Notes: generated by a model not told the origin, from the sequence alone. A stretch of 64,000 nt of DNA from an uncultured Gemmatimonadales bacterium (GCA_963798915.1 CAWCVB010000010.1:86092-150091); one strand, 5' to 3'; counted from the stretch's first letter, positions 30,890-40,475 are shown. Program-made: numbers and translations.

Positions 30890-31315
30890 ATGAGTGAACT
30901 GACCATCCGGGAAATCGGGCAGGACGACGACTTCGCGCACTGGTTCCATGAACTGCTCGAAGCCGGAGCGGACGACGCAGCGGTCGGGCCCGCTGACGAC
31001 CGTTATCTGGTGCTGTGCAACGAGATCGGGGACTGGATCGGAGGGCTGCGATTCTCCCTGCGTGGTGGCGTTGCGCAACTGATCGAGATTGGGATTGCCC
31101 CAGCGGCCCGGAGCCAGGGGCACGCCCACCGGCTGCTTGCGGCCTTCGAACGCCGCGCCACCGAGGACGGCGCCCATCTCGCTGAGTTCTGGACAGACGA
31201 CTTTGGGGCAGAGGGGCTGCTCTCCGCCCTGGGCTGGCGCCGGGTGATGCTGCGCGATGCCTACCTGGGCGGCCGCCAGTGGCTGCTGCTCGAAAAGCCG
31301 TTGAATCAGGCCTGA
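30890..31315 (+). CDS. GNAT-family acetyltransferase
   Basis: IAPAARSQGHAHRLL acetyl-CoA motif A. Confidence 0.75.
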   Translation: MSELTIREIGQDDDFAHWFHELLEAGADDAAVGPADDRYLVLCNEIGDWIGGLRFSLRGGVAQLIEIGIAPAARSQGHAHRLLAAFERRATEDGAHLAEFWTDDFGAEGLLSALGWRRVMLRDAYLGGRQWLLLEKPLNQA

Positions 31316-31317
31316 CC

Positions 31318-31344
31318 GCCAATCCGGCAGTCCGCCGGATTGGC
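31318..31344 (+). terminator. 11-bp hairpin after GNAT gene
   Basis: GCCAATCCGGC-agtcc-GCCGGATTGGC. Confidence 0.5.
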
Positions 31345-31424
31345 CCCTCCGTTCCGTTCCGTTAGTATTCGGGCTGTACCTTGGCCGGCAATTTTGCCGG
31401 CTTCTTCCCGTGCCCGGGCGAACC

Positions 31425-32399
31425 ATGGCATTGAGCGATTCCGCGCGTCAGCTGCTCTCCAAAGTCGAGGTCCTCAAGGACCTCGAGGCCAAGGTGCGGC
31501 AGCTCATGAGCGTGCACGAGGAGAAGCGGGAGCTGTGGTTTCCCAGCGAACTTATCGGCCCGGAACCAGATGAATCGCCCGACACACACCGGGCTGAGTT
31601 GCGGAAGCGTGCCGAGGGCATTCCGGACGCCGTGCGGGCCGCGCTGGCGCTCAACCTGCTCACGGAAGAGGGCCTGCCGCATTTTCATCGGCTGCTGGCG
31701 GTATATCTGGACGATGACAGCTACTGGCGTTCATGGAACAACCTCTGGACCGCTGAAGAGGACCGGCACGGCCAGGTCCTGCACGACTACACCCGCGAAG
31801 CGGCCATCTTCCAGCAGCGCCGCCTGGAGGAGATGCAGTTCGAGTACCTCAAGGCCGGTTTCCATCCGGCGTGGGACCACGATCCCTATCGGGTATTTGC
31901 CTACACCACGGTGCAGGAGCGGGCGACCCAGTTCTCGCACGCGGCCACTGGCCAGCTGATTGCCGAGTACGATGATCGGCTGTCGATGATCCTGGACCGG
32001 ATCGCGCGCGAGGAGGCCCGGCATTTCGCGTTTTACCGCACGATCATGCAGGAAATCCTGGAACGGGATCCGGACCAGGCGCTCCAGTCCATGGTGCAGG
32101 TGCTGCCCAGCATTGACATGCCGGGGCATTCGATGCCGGGATTCCGCGAGATGGCCGACGTGATCCGGCGTTCGGGCATCTACGGCCCGCGGGACTACCT
32201 CCGCATTGTGCAGGAGCAGATCAAGTACTGGAAGATCGAGACCCTGGACGGGTTGTCGGAACTGGGGCAGAAGGCGCAGGAGAAGATCCTGGCGATTCCC
32301 GACCGCCTCCGGCGAGTTGCCGACGCGATCGAGACTCGCAGCCGCGCCAAGACATTCAGCTTTGACGTGGTCTTCAACCGGGAATTTGCCCTGGAATGA
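31425..32399 (+). CDS. Soluble di-iron acyl-ACP desaturase
   Basis: TEEGLP.FH, WTAEEDRHG, QERAT..SH, EEARH di-iron ligands. Confidence 0.9.
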   Translation: MALSDSARQLLSKVEVLKDLEAKVRQLMSVHEEKRELWFPSELIGPEPDESPDTHRAELRKRAEGIPDAVRAALALNLLTEEGLPHFHRLLAVYLDDDSYWRSWNNLWTAEEDRHGQVLHDYTREAAIFQQRRLEEMQFEYLKAGFHPAWDHDPYRVFAYTTVQERATQFSHAATGQLIAEYDDRLSMILDRIAREEARHFAFYRTIMQEILERDPDQALQSMVQVLPSIDMPGHSMPGFREMADVIRRSGIYGPRDYLRIVQEQIKYWKIETLDGLSELGQKAQEKILAIPDRLRRVADAIETRSRAKTFSFDVVFNREFALE

Positions 32400-32836
32400 G
32401 GACTGCGCTTCTCGGGCTCGCCGTGGCACTTGCGGCCTGCGGCAAGCATGAGGCAGCCAGTGCCAGCGCCGGAGCACCACGAACCGCGGCCGATTCAGCC
32501 GAGGCCGACGCCACTGCACTGGGCCGCGAGATCTACCATCTTCTCGACCTGGCCGCCGACTATCGTGGTTCGCACCGCAATCGCCTGCCTCGCTCGCTTC
32601 GACAACTCGGCACTGACAGCCTCACCGGCACCATCGCGCGGCGGGTCGACGCCCGCGGCAGCGACTTTGTTGCTGGAGCGGCGTTCCGTGATCCGACTGG
32701 CCATTACTGGACGTCATGCGAAGGCGAACTCAAGGTGCTGGAAGATGCGGTGATCGGCGCCGGGCGCTATACGCTCACCTGCACCTCTCCGAGCGGAGAG
32801 TCGAGGGAAGTGCAGGCCGGTGGGGCGCTCGACTGA
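32396..32836 (+). CDS. Hypothetical lipoprotein
   Basis: LAVALAAC lipobox; ATGA overlap with the desaturase. Confidence 0.65.
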   Translation: MRTALLGLAVALAACGKHEAASASAGAPRTAADSAEADATALGREIYHLLDLAADYRGSHRNRLPRSLRQLGTDSLTGTIARRVDARGSDFVAGAAFRDPTGHYWTSCEGELKVLEDAVIGAGRYTLTCTSPSGESREVQAGGALD

Positions 32837-32837
32837 C

Positions 32838-33416
32838 ATGCTGCCATGGATCTACCTGGGTCTTCGCATTGCCATTGCCGCCGCCTTTCTCTTCACGCTG
32901 ATTGTCGCCGTCACCCATTGGCTGGTACGCGAGCGCAAGCTGGCCGCGTTCGGTGTCTGGGCCCGCACCGTCCGGCGGGTCAGCGATCCGGTCCTCCAGC
33001 CCATCGAACGGCGGCTGGTGCGCTCGGGCGGCAATCCTCAGCAGGCACCGGTCTGGCTGGCCGGGCTCACGCTGATCCTTGGACTGGTTGCGCTGTGGCT
33101 GTTCCGCTGGATTGTCGGGACATTCGTTTCGCTCGTCTACCTGTCCCGGGGTGAGCCGCGGTTCTGGATCGCACAGTTGGTTCACTGGGCATTCTCCATC
33201 CTCGAAATCGCGATCATCATCCGGGTCATCGGCAGCTGGATCGGTGCGGGCAGGTACACCCGCTGGATGCGGCCGTTCGTGGTCCTCACCGAGTGGCTGC
33301 TCGCCCCGCTGCGACGGGTGATTCCGCCCTTCGGCATGATCGACATCTCACCGCTGGTTGCCTATTTCCTCCTGGTGATTGCGGAACGCGGGGTGATGAG
33401 TCTGATACTGTCATGA
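32838..33416 (+). CDS. yggT: YggT-family membrane protein
   Basis: Duplicated SDPVLQP / TEWLLAPLRRVIPPFGMIDISPL motifs. Confidence 0.88.
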   Translation: MLPWIYLGLRIAIAAAFLFTLIVAVTHWLVRERKLAAFGVWARTVRRVSDPVLQPIERRLVRSGGNPQQAPVWLAGLTLILGLVALWLFRWIVGTFVSLVYLSRGEPRFWIAQLVHWAFSILEIAIIIRVIGSWIGAGRYTRWMRPFVVLTEWLLAPLRRVIPPFGMIDISPLVAYFLLVIAERGVMSLILS

Positions 33417-33417
33417 G

Positions 33418-33590
33418 TCGCGGGTCGTGGGTCGTGGGTCGTAGGAGCGGAAGGTGGCACTTTCCTTCGCTCGCTCTGCTCCCTCAGGATGAGGAGTGCG
33501 ATGGGTTCGACCCCGCGTCTCGTGACCCTCGACCGCCGAGCCGCCGAGCCGCCGAGCCGCCGAGCCGTCTACCACCCACGACCCACCGCC
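33418..33590. repeat. Composite intergenic repeats: (GGGTCGT)n, REP half-arm, (CCGCCGAG)x4 at 33533-33564, (CGACCC)-type units
   Basis: Read directly from the sequence. Confidence 0.7.
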
Positions 33591-33591
33591 C

Positions 33592-33867
33592 ATGGCCCAA
33601 TATCTTACCCTCCGAATCCTGGTCCAGCCTCGCGCCTCGCGCAGTGAGATCGTGGGTCCCCACGGCGACCATCTCAAGGTGCGACTCGCGGCGCCGCCAG
33701 TGGACGGCGCGGCCAATGAGGAGCTGGTGCGGCTGCTGGCCCGCGAACTGGGAGTCCCCCGCAGTGGGATCGAAATCGTGGGTGGGCTGTCCTCGCGCCG
33801 GAAGACGGTGAGGGTCAGCGGGGCACAACCGGATGCAGTGGAAAGAGCCCTCAGCCGTCCGCGCTGA
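33592..33867 (+). CDS. yggU: DUF167/YggU-family protein
   Basis: VQPRASR, APPVDGAAN, G..SRRK; next to yggT. Confidence 0.88.
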   Translation: MAQYLTLRILVQPRASRSEIVGPHGDHLKVRLAAPPVDGAANEELVRLLARELGVPRSGIEIVGGLSSRRKTVRVSGAQPDAVERALSRPR

Positions 33868-33874
33868 CCGTGCT

Positions 33875-33951
33875 TTCAGCCTTCAGCTTTCAGCCTTCAG
33901 CCTTCAGCTTTCACCCTTCAGCTTTCAGCCTTCAGCTCTCGGCCCTCAGCT
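33875..33951. repeat. Heptamer array (TTCAGCY)x11
   Basis: Counted 11 units; unit 6 and the last two are degenerate. Confidence 0.92.
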
Positions 33952-33963
33952 CTTCGCTGAAGC

Positions 33964-36921
33964 CTATTCCAGCGCCGCTACCTCCACCCTGATCCGATCC
34001 ACATCGGCTCGCAATGAAGGTTCGGGAGTGGCGCGGAGCGCCAGGTAATGGCCGTACGCCTGCCGCGCCTCCGCCTTATTGCCCGTGAGCTTGGCGAGCC
34101 GGCCCTCCTCGCGGAAGAGCGTAGACAGGGCCACCTGAATCCGCTGCGCCCCCGCATCCGCCACCGGCGCGCGGCGCCGGACGGCAGCGAGGGCCTTGTC
34201 GTATTCGCCGCGCCTGGAATAAAGATCCGCCAGTGTCAGATTGCCGAGCGTCACCGCCCATGAATTCCTGAAAGGATCCAGTACACTGGGCGAGTCCAGC
34301 TCGGCGATGAGCCGAGCGGCTTCCGGGCTCCGCCGCGCAACGGCCAGTCGGGCCGGCAGAACCAGCAGGCATACGTCGCCCAGTTCTTCACGTTGCGGCC
34401 CTGTCGTCAGGCGCAGCCGCGCGATGAGCGGTGGAAGCTGATCCCACTGGTTGCGCCCTGCCCGCCAGAGGCCCACCGCACAGATCGCGAGTTGCTCCGC
34501 CAGATCGGGCGGCGTGCGTGCGTCATCCAGATTTTCAATACGCGCGGTGAGGCGAGCTACGGTTTCTGCCGCCAAGGTGGTGTCGCCATCCCAGAACAGT
34601 GCGGCGAAGACCTGACTGAAATCGTGATAGAGTCCGGTGGCTTCCGCACCGGCGGCCATGCGCGCCACGCCGGCAGCTTCCAGTGGACGGCCACGATTGA
34701 GGGCGAGTTCTTCCCGGCGCTGGTAGGCCCGGACGAGATCGCCGGCAACCCCGGCCCGCCGCTGGAGCTCCGTGGTGGCATCCACCGCGTCCTCAATCCG
34801 GATCCCTTCCAACTGCGCGGCGGAGAGCAGGCGGTTGAGCGTCGCATCGGTCTGATCCGGAATTCTGGCATGGAACGCGGCCAGCTGGAGCGAGTCGCCG
34901 AGGGACGCCGCAATCAGCCAGCGATAGAACTCGGCAAGGTCACCATCAGTGTCCAGCGCCCGATACCGCGCGCCCAGCCGCCGCACAATTGCGGTGTCGC
35001 CAAGGCTGGCCTCGATGTCCAGCAGGTGGCCCAGCGCCGGCACATACGTCGAGTCTATCTCAAGCGCCTTGCGGTAGGACGCCGCTGCCCGGTCCCGCAC
35101 CCCAGGCAGGCCGGCCCACGACTGCTGGTTCAGTACCCAGCCCAGCTGGAACCAGATGTCCGGGCGGTCAGGCGCGCGCGCTGCCACCGCATCGCAGATT
35201 TCGTAGTCGGAGATGGAATCTGGCACCGGCGTCGCTGCCAGGCGTCGGTCGAGACATGCCCCGAACTGCCGATCCAACGGAGGCAGGGTTGCCGCGCGTG
35301 ATAGGAGCCAATCCGAAATCCGACTTCCCGCGGGGTCCTTCACCATCTCGCTCCCCATGATCAAGCCGACAGCCGCGAGCGTTAGCGAGGAGTCCTGGCT
35401 GAGTGCTTCCTTGTAATGCGCCAGCGCGACGCTGAACCTCCCGCTGGCAAAATCCTGCTCGCCCGCAATGAATGCGCGCGCCGCGGGGAGTGACGCATGC
35501 TGGATCATGGACAATCGCTCGTCAGGCTGACCGGCGAGCACTGCCATCAAGCCGGCTGCAACCCGGTCCGCGAGCGCCAGCAGACTGTCCCGGCTTCCGC
35601 TCACATTTGAAATTCGCGCCAGAACCCTTCCGTCGCTGGCGGCCTCGATCGTCGCCGTCACCGCCAACTGCTGGCCCGAGGTAAGCACCTGCCCGCGCAG
35701 CAGGCGCGGACTGCCGAGCGCACGGGCGAGGGTGCTCATGTCACGAGCCCCCAGGGTGGCTGGAGTGAGTTTCAATCGGTTGAGCGCGGCCCTCACTGCC
35801 GAGGGATCCATCGCCCGCGGCCCACCCAGGCCGGTGAAGCGGTCCGCCAGGAGATTCGACAGCGCCGACCCGGCTGAACTGGCGGCGGAATCGTCAGGGT
35901 CCGCCGCGGCGAGTGGAAGGATGGCGACGCGATTCATGTCAAGCGGGAGCCCGCGCGACCGGCGGGCCAGGACCTGCCACCCGATGAGCGTGCCAACCAC
36001 CAGCAGCACCAGCGCTGCCACCCACGGCCAGCGCTTGCGAGACGCAGGCAGTGCCGGGGCCATGAGCGAGGAACGGCTCCAGGCCTGGAATGACTCGCCT
36101 CGAAGCACGCGGGCAAGTTCGCCTGCGTCGGGAAACCGGTCGGCAGGATTCTTGGCCAGTGCCCGGTGCACCGCAGCCTCGATGATTTCCGGCACCGAGT
36201 CGCGGACGGCACGGATACTGGGCACCCGCTCGACGGCATGACGCGCGAAGACCTGTTGCACCGACGCGCCGGTGAACGGTGGCTCGCCCACCAGCATCTC
36301 GTAGATGACACATGCGAGACTGTACTGATCGGAGCGCCCATCCAAACGGGTCGAGCTTCCGATCTGCTCGGGGCTCATGTACATCGGCGTACCGACCACG
36401 AGTCCGGACGACGTCAGCACTGCCTGGTCCTGCTCCAGCGCGTGCGCCAGACCGAAATCCGCCACCAGCGCGTGGGCGCCGCTCAACAGAATGTTGCCGG
36501 GCTTGATGTCCCGGTGCACCACACCCTGATGGCCGGCGTACTCCAGTGCGTCGGCGACTTCCGCGCCAATCCGGAGCGCATCCTCGATGGCTAGCTGTCC
36601 TTCGCGCCTGATCCGGACCGCCAGCGATTCTCCCTCGACGACCGGCATGACATAGTACAACAGGCCATCCGCGTCACCGCTGTCATGCAGTGGCAGGATG
36701 TTGGGATGATTCAGCCGGGCGGCCACCCGGATTTCGCGCAGAAATCGTTCGTGACCCAGCGAGGCGGCCAGATCGGGTGAGAGAGCCTTGATGGCGACTT
36801 CGCGCCCATGACGCTCATCCCACGCCCGATACACGACCGCCATGCCGCCGCGTCCCAGCTCCCCCCTGACCGTATACCGACCGGCCAGGGCGGCGCCGAG
36901 CCGCGCTTCGAGTTCACTCAT
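33964..36921 (-). CDS. Membrane-anchored Hanks-type Ser/Thr kinase with TPR-like C-terminal region
   Basis: LGRGGMAVVY, VAIK, HRDIKPGN, DFG, GTPMYMSPEQ; TM WPWVAALVLLVVGTLIGW; helical repeats; ATG 36921 overlaps the upstream stop. Confidence 0.9.
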   Translation of the reverse strand: MSELEARLGAALAGRYTVRGELGRGGMAVVYRAWDERHGREVAIKALSPDLAASLGHERFLREIRVAARLNHPNILPLHDSGDADGLLYYVMPVVEGESLAVRIRREGQLAIEDALRIGAEVADALEYAGHQGVVHRDIKPGNILLSGAHALVADFGLAHALEQDQAVLTSSGLVVGTPMYMSPEQIGSSTRLDGRSDQYSLACVIYEMLVGEPPFTGASVQQVFARHAVERVPSIRAVRDSVPEIIEAAVHRALAKNPADRFPDAGELARVLRGESFQAWSRSSLMAPALPASRKRWPWVAALVLLVVGTLIGWQVLARRSRGLPLDMNRVAILPLAAADPDDSAASSAGSALSNLLADRFTGLGGPRAMDPSAVRAALNRLKLTPATLGARDMSTLARALGSPRLLRGQVLTSGQQLAVTATIEAASDGRVLARISNVSGSRDSLLALADRVAAGLMAVLAGQPDERLSMIQHASLPAARAFIAGEQDFASGRFSVALAHYKEALSQDSSLTLAAVGLIMGSEMVKDPAGSRISDWLLSRAATLPPLDRQFGACLDRRLAATPVPDSISDYEICDAVAARAPDRPDIWFQLGWVLNQQSWAGLPGVRDRAAASYRKALEIDSTYVPALGHLLDIEASLGDTAIVRRLGARYRALDTDGDLAEFYRWLIAASLGDSLQLAAFHARIPDQTDATLNRLLSAAQLEGIRIEDAVDATTELQRRAGVAGDLVRAYQRREELALNRGRPLEAAGVARMAAGAEATGLYHDFSQVFAALFWDGDTTLAAETVARLTARIENLDDARTPPDLAEQLAICAVGLWRAGRNQWDQLPPLIARLRLTTGPQREELGDVCLLVLPARLAVARRSPEAARLIAELDSPSVLDPFRNSWAVTLGNLTLADLYSRRGEYDKALAAVRRRAPVADAGAQRIQVALSTLFREEGRLAKLTGNKAEARQAYGHYLALRATPEPSLRADVDRIRVEVAALE

Positions 36922-39280
36922 GCGACTGATCTGCCACGATGGGCCAACCCTCGGATTCGAAGAACGGATGGCATGCGCGGCCCGGCCTCTCCAGATCCTG
37001 CTCCAGCAGAGCAACCCCCAACCTTCCCTTGTACAGCGACAAGTGCCCTGCCGCACTCCGCGCAAACGGCTTGGCATCGCGCTCCAACAGCAGGCGAGCG
37101 CGGTCCAGCCAGCGGGCATCGCCGGTCATCCGGTGAAGCGCGAGCAGGGCATAGCTGCGGCCTGCCAGTCCGCAGCACAAGTCGGGAAACCGGTCCGGTG
37201 CTTCCCATGCGCTCCACCCGCACCGTTCGGCCAGAACCGCATATCGGTCATTCCGAGTCAACTGAAAGGCAATATTCCAGAGATGTACCAGCCCGGCCGG
37301 CCCGTTGCACCACCCCGGAAGATCATGATGACTGCCAGTTCCGGGCACGTGGGGGAACTGGATGCCGCGGCCCCGAGGTTCCGCCAACCGTCCCAGCGTT
37401 GCCAGCGCCCGCGCGATGGCCTGAGAGGGTGCCTGCCGCGCAACCCGACACCAGCGGAGCATCGCGTAGAGCACTCCTCCCCAGCCATGGGCAATGCCGG
37501 CGTTGTCCAACGGGCCGCCCGCTGGAAAGGACACGAATTCCGCCAGCGTCGCACCCAGCCGGCGCATCAGCTCCTCTCCCAGGGCGCGCAGCAGCACGCG
37601 CGATGGAGCAAGCTCGGCCGGAGCCGCCTCCAGCAGCATCACAGCGCCCAACAGCACGCCCGCAATGCCATGGCCCAGTTCAACCCGCGTCTCGGCGGCA
37701 ATATCCAGTGCGCAGAAGCGCTTGATTGCAGCAGCCATCCGTGTGAGCTGGCCAGATGCCTGGGCGAGGTGCGCGTCCACCAGAATCAGGCCAGAACCAG
37801 TAAAATATGGCGTCACGCTGCCGGTGACATCCGCTTCCAGTCCTTGACGGGGACTCAGGAATGCGCCGGAGCCACGGCTTGCCTGCTTTGCGGTTTCGCA
37901 CCAGCCGGCCGCCGCCGAGAGCAGTTCCGGCTCGTTGCGCAGGACAGCCAACCGGTACAACCCGAACGCCGTACCGGCCATGCCATGCATCAGCGAGCAG
38001 CGCGGCGCCCCGATCATGCGAGCCCACTCCGGTGGAGAGCGCCGAGCCAATGTGCGCAGCCACGCGTCTGCCCGACTTTGGGACTGGATACGCACCGGCG
38101 TGCCAACCGGCGGAACTGTGCAACTCGCCAACGCATCGGCGAAGTGGCGCACCGAGCGAAATCGATCCGAGGCCTTCTGTGCCAGGGCCCGGCCGAGCAC
38201 CGCCTCGAGCCCGGGCCACGGTGCAGCACCGTGGGCGGCGAATGGCAGTGGCCGCGCTCTGGCCAGCGCCTGAAGCATCACCTCGCGGTCCTGGGAGTCT
38301 CCCACATGCGGGGTGCCTGCGGCCATGTGGTACAGGAGCGCTGCAAGCGCAGATTGCTCGCCCACGGCGGAGAGCGGCGGTGGGGAAGAGCCAGCCAGCA
38401 TGGCTTCGGCAAACTGGGGATCGGAGTACGGCAGCACCACGCCGCGATCCACCGGCCGTCGTCCCGGCGTCTTGCTGCACCCGAAATCGAGAATCGTAAT
38501 CCGGCCCTGAGCGCTCACCAGAAGGTTTCCGGCGTGCACATCCCCGTGCAACACGCCCCTCGCGTGGAGGCGCGCATAGGCGCGCGCGATGGAGACCAGC
38601 AGGTGGAACAGCGGCGCGCGACCTGCATGACCGGCGCTTCGAAGCTCGCGCGCCCGTACCAATGGAGAGACTCCGCTGCGCCAGCCCATCACCAGAAATG
38701 GGCGGCCTTCGAGAGTGCCGGCAGACCTGAGTGCGGGAGCGCCACGGCCGCCCAGCAGTTCCAGCACATGCTGTTCCTGACGCAGGGCCCGACGCAGCCG
38801 GCGCTCGGAGCCGAGGCGGGCGATCTTCATTGCCACGACCCGCCCGCGGGAATCCCGTGCCTGATAGAGTTCGGAGTCTTCGAGCACCATCACATGGCGG
38901 ACCACCACAAATCCGGCAATCCTCTCGCCCTTGTCCAGCGATGGCATGATACGGGAGGCATCGGGCGATCCCGCAGGCACCAGGAAGCGAGCCTCATAGC
39001 AATCGCGGAGCAGCGGGAATGAATCGGTCAGCGCCTGTTGCGGATCGCCATTGCTGCTGTGGGCGATGATCGCATCCGCGATGCGGGTAGGCGTCTGGAA
39101 GTGGCGAAGCAGTTCGGCAGCGTCCCGGCTGACCACTCTCGAAGACGCCCGGACCCGCGCCCGACCCAGCGCAAATCCGCCCTCCACGCGAGGCAGGCGC
39201 CGGCGCAGCCCGTCGGGAAGTTCGGCCAGCGGCGTCAGCAGGACGTCCCCGGGCAGGATCAGTGCGTCAGTGATCGCCAT
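36914..39280 (-). CDS. Lanthionine-synthetase-like fusion: putative RRE-like N-domain + Ser/Thr kinase + LanC-type zinc cyclase
   Basis: Kinase VAMK, HGDVHAGN, DFG; LanC GxxG repeats LMHGMAG, LGHGIAG, GIAHGWGG, GWCNGPAG, DLCCGLAG, LYKGRLG. Confidence 0.85.
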   Translation of the reverse strand: MAITDALILPGDVLLTPLAELPDGLRRRLPRVEGGFALGRARVRASSRVVSRDAAELLRHFQTPTRIADAIIAHSSNGDPQQALTDSFPLLRDCYEARFLVPAGSPDASRIMPSLDKGERIAGFVVVRHVMVLEDSELYQARDSRGRVVAMKIARLGSERRLRRALRQEQHVLELLGGRGAPALRSAGTLEGRPFLVMGWRSGVSPLVRARELRSAGHAGRAPLFHLLVSIARAYARLHARGVLHGDVHAGNLLVSAQGRITILDFGCSKTPGRRPVDRGVVLPYSDPQFAEAMLAGSSPPPLSAVGEQSALAALLYHMAAGTPHVGDSQDREVMLQALARARPLPFAAHGAAPWPGLEAVLGRALAQKASDRFRSVRHFADALASCTVPPVGTPVRIQSQSRADAWLRTLARRSPPEWARMIGAPRCSLMHGMAGTAFGLYRLAVLRNEPELLSAAAGWCETAKQASRGSGAFLSPRQGLEADVTGSVTPYFTGSGLILVDAHLAQASGQLTRMAAAIKRFCALDIAAETRVELGHGIAGVLLGAVMLLEAAPAELAPSRVLLRALGEELMRRLGATLAEFVSFPAGGPLDNAGIAHGWGGVLYAMLRWCRVARQAPSQAIARALATLGRLAEPRGRGIQFPHVPGTGSHHDLPGWCNGPAGLVHLWNIAFQLTRNDRYAVLAERCGWSAWEAPDRFPDLCCGLAGRSYALLALHRMTGDARWLDRARLLLERDAKPFARSAAGHLSLYKGRLGVALLEQDLERPGRACHPFFESEGWPIVADQSHE

Positions 39281-40373
39281 GCTGTCCCATCCCGCCGGCG
39301 GTGCCGACCACGACCGGGCTCCAGCTTTCAACATCGACAGCATCCAGCGACACGCGATCCATCGCGAATCGCCACGCCGGGACGATGCAGCCGCGGTCTC
39401 GAGCGGCCTGCGCGAGCGCACTCGCGAGGCGCTGGGTGAGCCAGGCGCGCCAGCTCTCGTCGCCAGCCCAGGGCGCTGCGCGGCCGCGGCCTGCCGGATC
39501 CACACCCCACGATATCAGCGCCGAGTCAAACAACTGTCCGGTGAACGGGACTCCCTGTGCTGCCACGCCGGCCAGATCACGGGAGAGTCTGCGGGCAGCC
39601 TGCAGCATGCCGCGCCGCGAACTGAAGTAGAGCACCAGTTTATCCGGCCGCAGAATGTTGTAGAGATCCCGTCCCACCTTCATCGAGATTGCACCGGCCA
39701 CACGCGCAGCTGCGTGCAGCGACGGTCGCACCAGCTCAGGCATCGGACTCAGGTACAGCTTCCAGATCCTGCGGCCCGGACGAGGCAGCGGTGTACGGTC
39801 CCATGAGAGCCATGCGCCACCGGCTTCAGGGTCCGACGCCTGAAGCCGTGACCCGTGCGGCATGTCGCGCAGCAGTTCGCGCCCCAGCGCTTCCGCGTCG
39901 GGATACCGCTCCCGCCAGGCCGGCGTGGCCGGCAGCGTGTTGAACGCGTAGAGCAGCCGTGCCGATGCTGACACGTCCGGCAACTCGAACGCGGCGGTCT
40001 GCCGCAACGCGTCCAGCGAAAGCGTGGCCAGCGCCGAGGAGGGAGCGGGTCCGTCAGCGTTGGGGAAAAAGATCCGGTGTGCCGCGCCTCCGCTCACGTA
40101 ACGCCGGCCCGCACGGATTTCGAGGACTCCATCCAGCACCAGCGCCTGAAGTGAGTGAATCGGAATCGAAGGGGGCGCCAGTCGTGGGTGCGCCAACTCG
40201 ACAAAGAGCCGGGCGGTCGAGCGGTTCACCACCCGCGGCGCCCGGAAGTCTCCTGCCTCGGGAGTGAGCAGCCCACCGAACGCAGCGTGTGCCGCCTGGC
40301 GCACCAGCCACGCCGGCATCGGCTCGGGCAAGGCCTCCGGCGCCAACAGGCGGTAACCTGGCGCGGCCCGCAT
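39267..40373 (-). CDS. HopA1-like (LanY/TvaD-type) phospho-Ser/Thr lyase candidate
   Basis: WKLYLSP, MKV, RPDKLVLYF, GVPFT, SWGVDP, ESWR pattern; overlaps the kinase-LanC gene. Confidence 0.65.
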   Translation of the reverse strand: MRAAPGYRLLAPEALPEPMPAWLVRQAAHAAFGGLLTPEAGDFRAPRVVNRSTARLFVELAHPRLAPPSIPIHSLQALVLDGVLEIRAGRRYVSGGAAHRIFFPNADGPAPSSALATLSLDALRQTAAFELPDVSASARLLYAFNTLPATPAWRERYPDAEALGRELLRDMPHGSRLQASDPEAGGAWLSWDRTPLPRPGRRIWKLYLSPMPELVRPSLHAAARVAGAISMKVGRDLYNILRPDKLVLYFSSRRGMLQAARRLSRDLAGVAAQGVPFTGQLFDSALISWGVDPAGRGRAAPWAGDESWRAWLTQRLASALAQAARDRGCIVPAWRFAMDRVSLDAVDVESWSPVVVGTAGGMGQHGDH

Positions 40374-40419
40374 TTTGGCTGAGTGACAGAATGATTTGGA
40401 CACAGCGATGAACGCGGCA

Positions 40420-40457
40420 CCACCCATCCGGCGCACCGGCGTGCGCCGGATGGGTGG
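40420..40457 (-). terminator. 17-bp perfect stem-loop between precursor and modification genes
   Basis: CCACCCATCCGGCGCAC-cggc-GTGCGCCGGATGGGTGG. Confidence 0.7.
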
Positions 40458-40475
40458 CTGAGCGTCGAGTGGTGG

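Noticed and set aside
36914..39280. Ordinary class II (LanM), III or IV lanthipeptide synthetase
   Set aside because: No LanM dehydratase domain and no N-terminal OspF-like lyase motifs; Zn ligands are present, unlike class III
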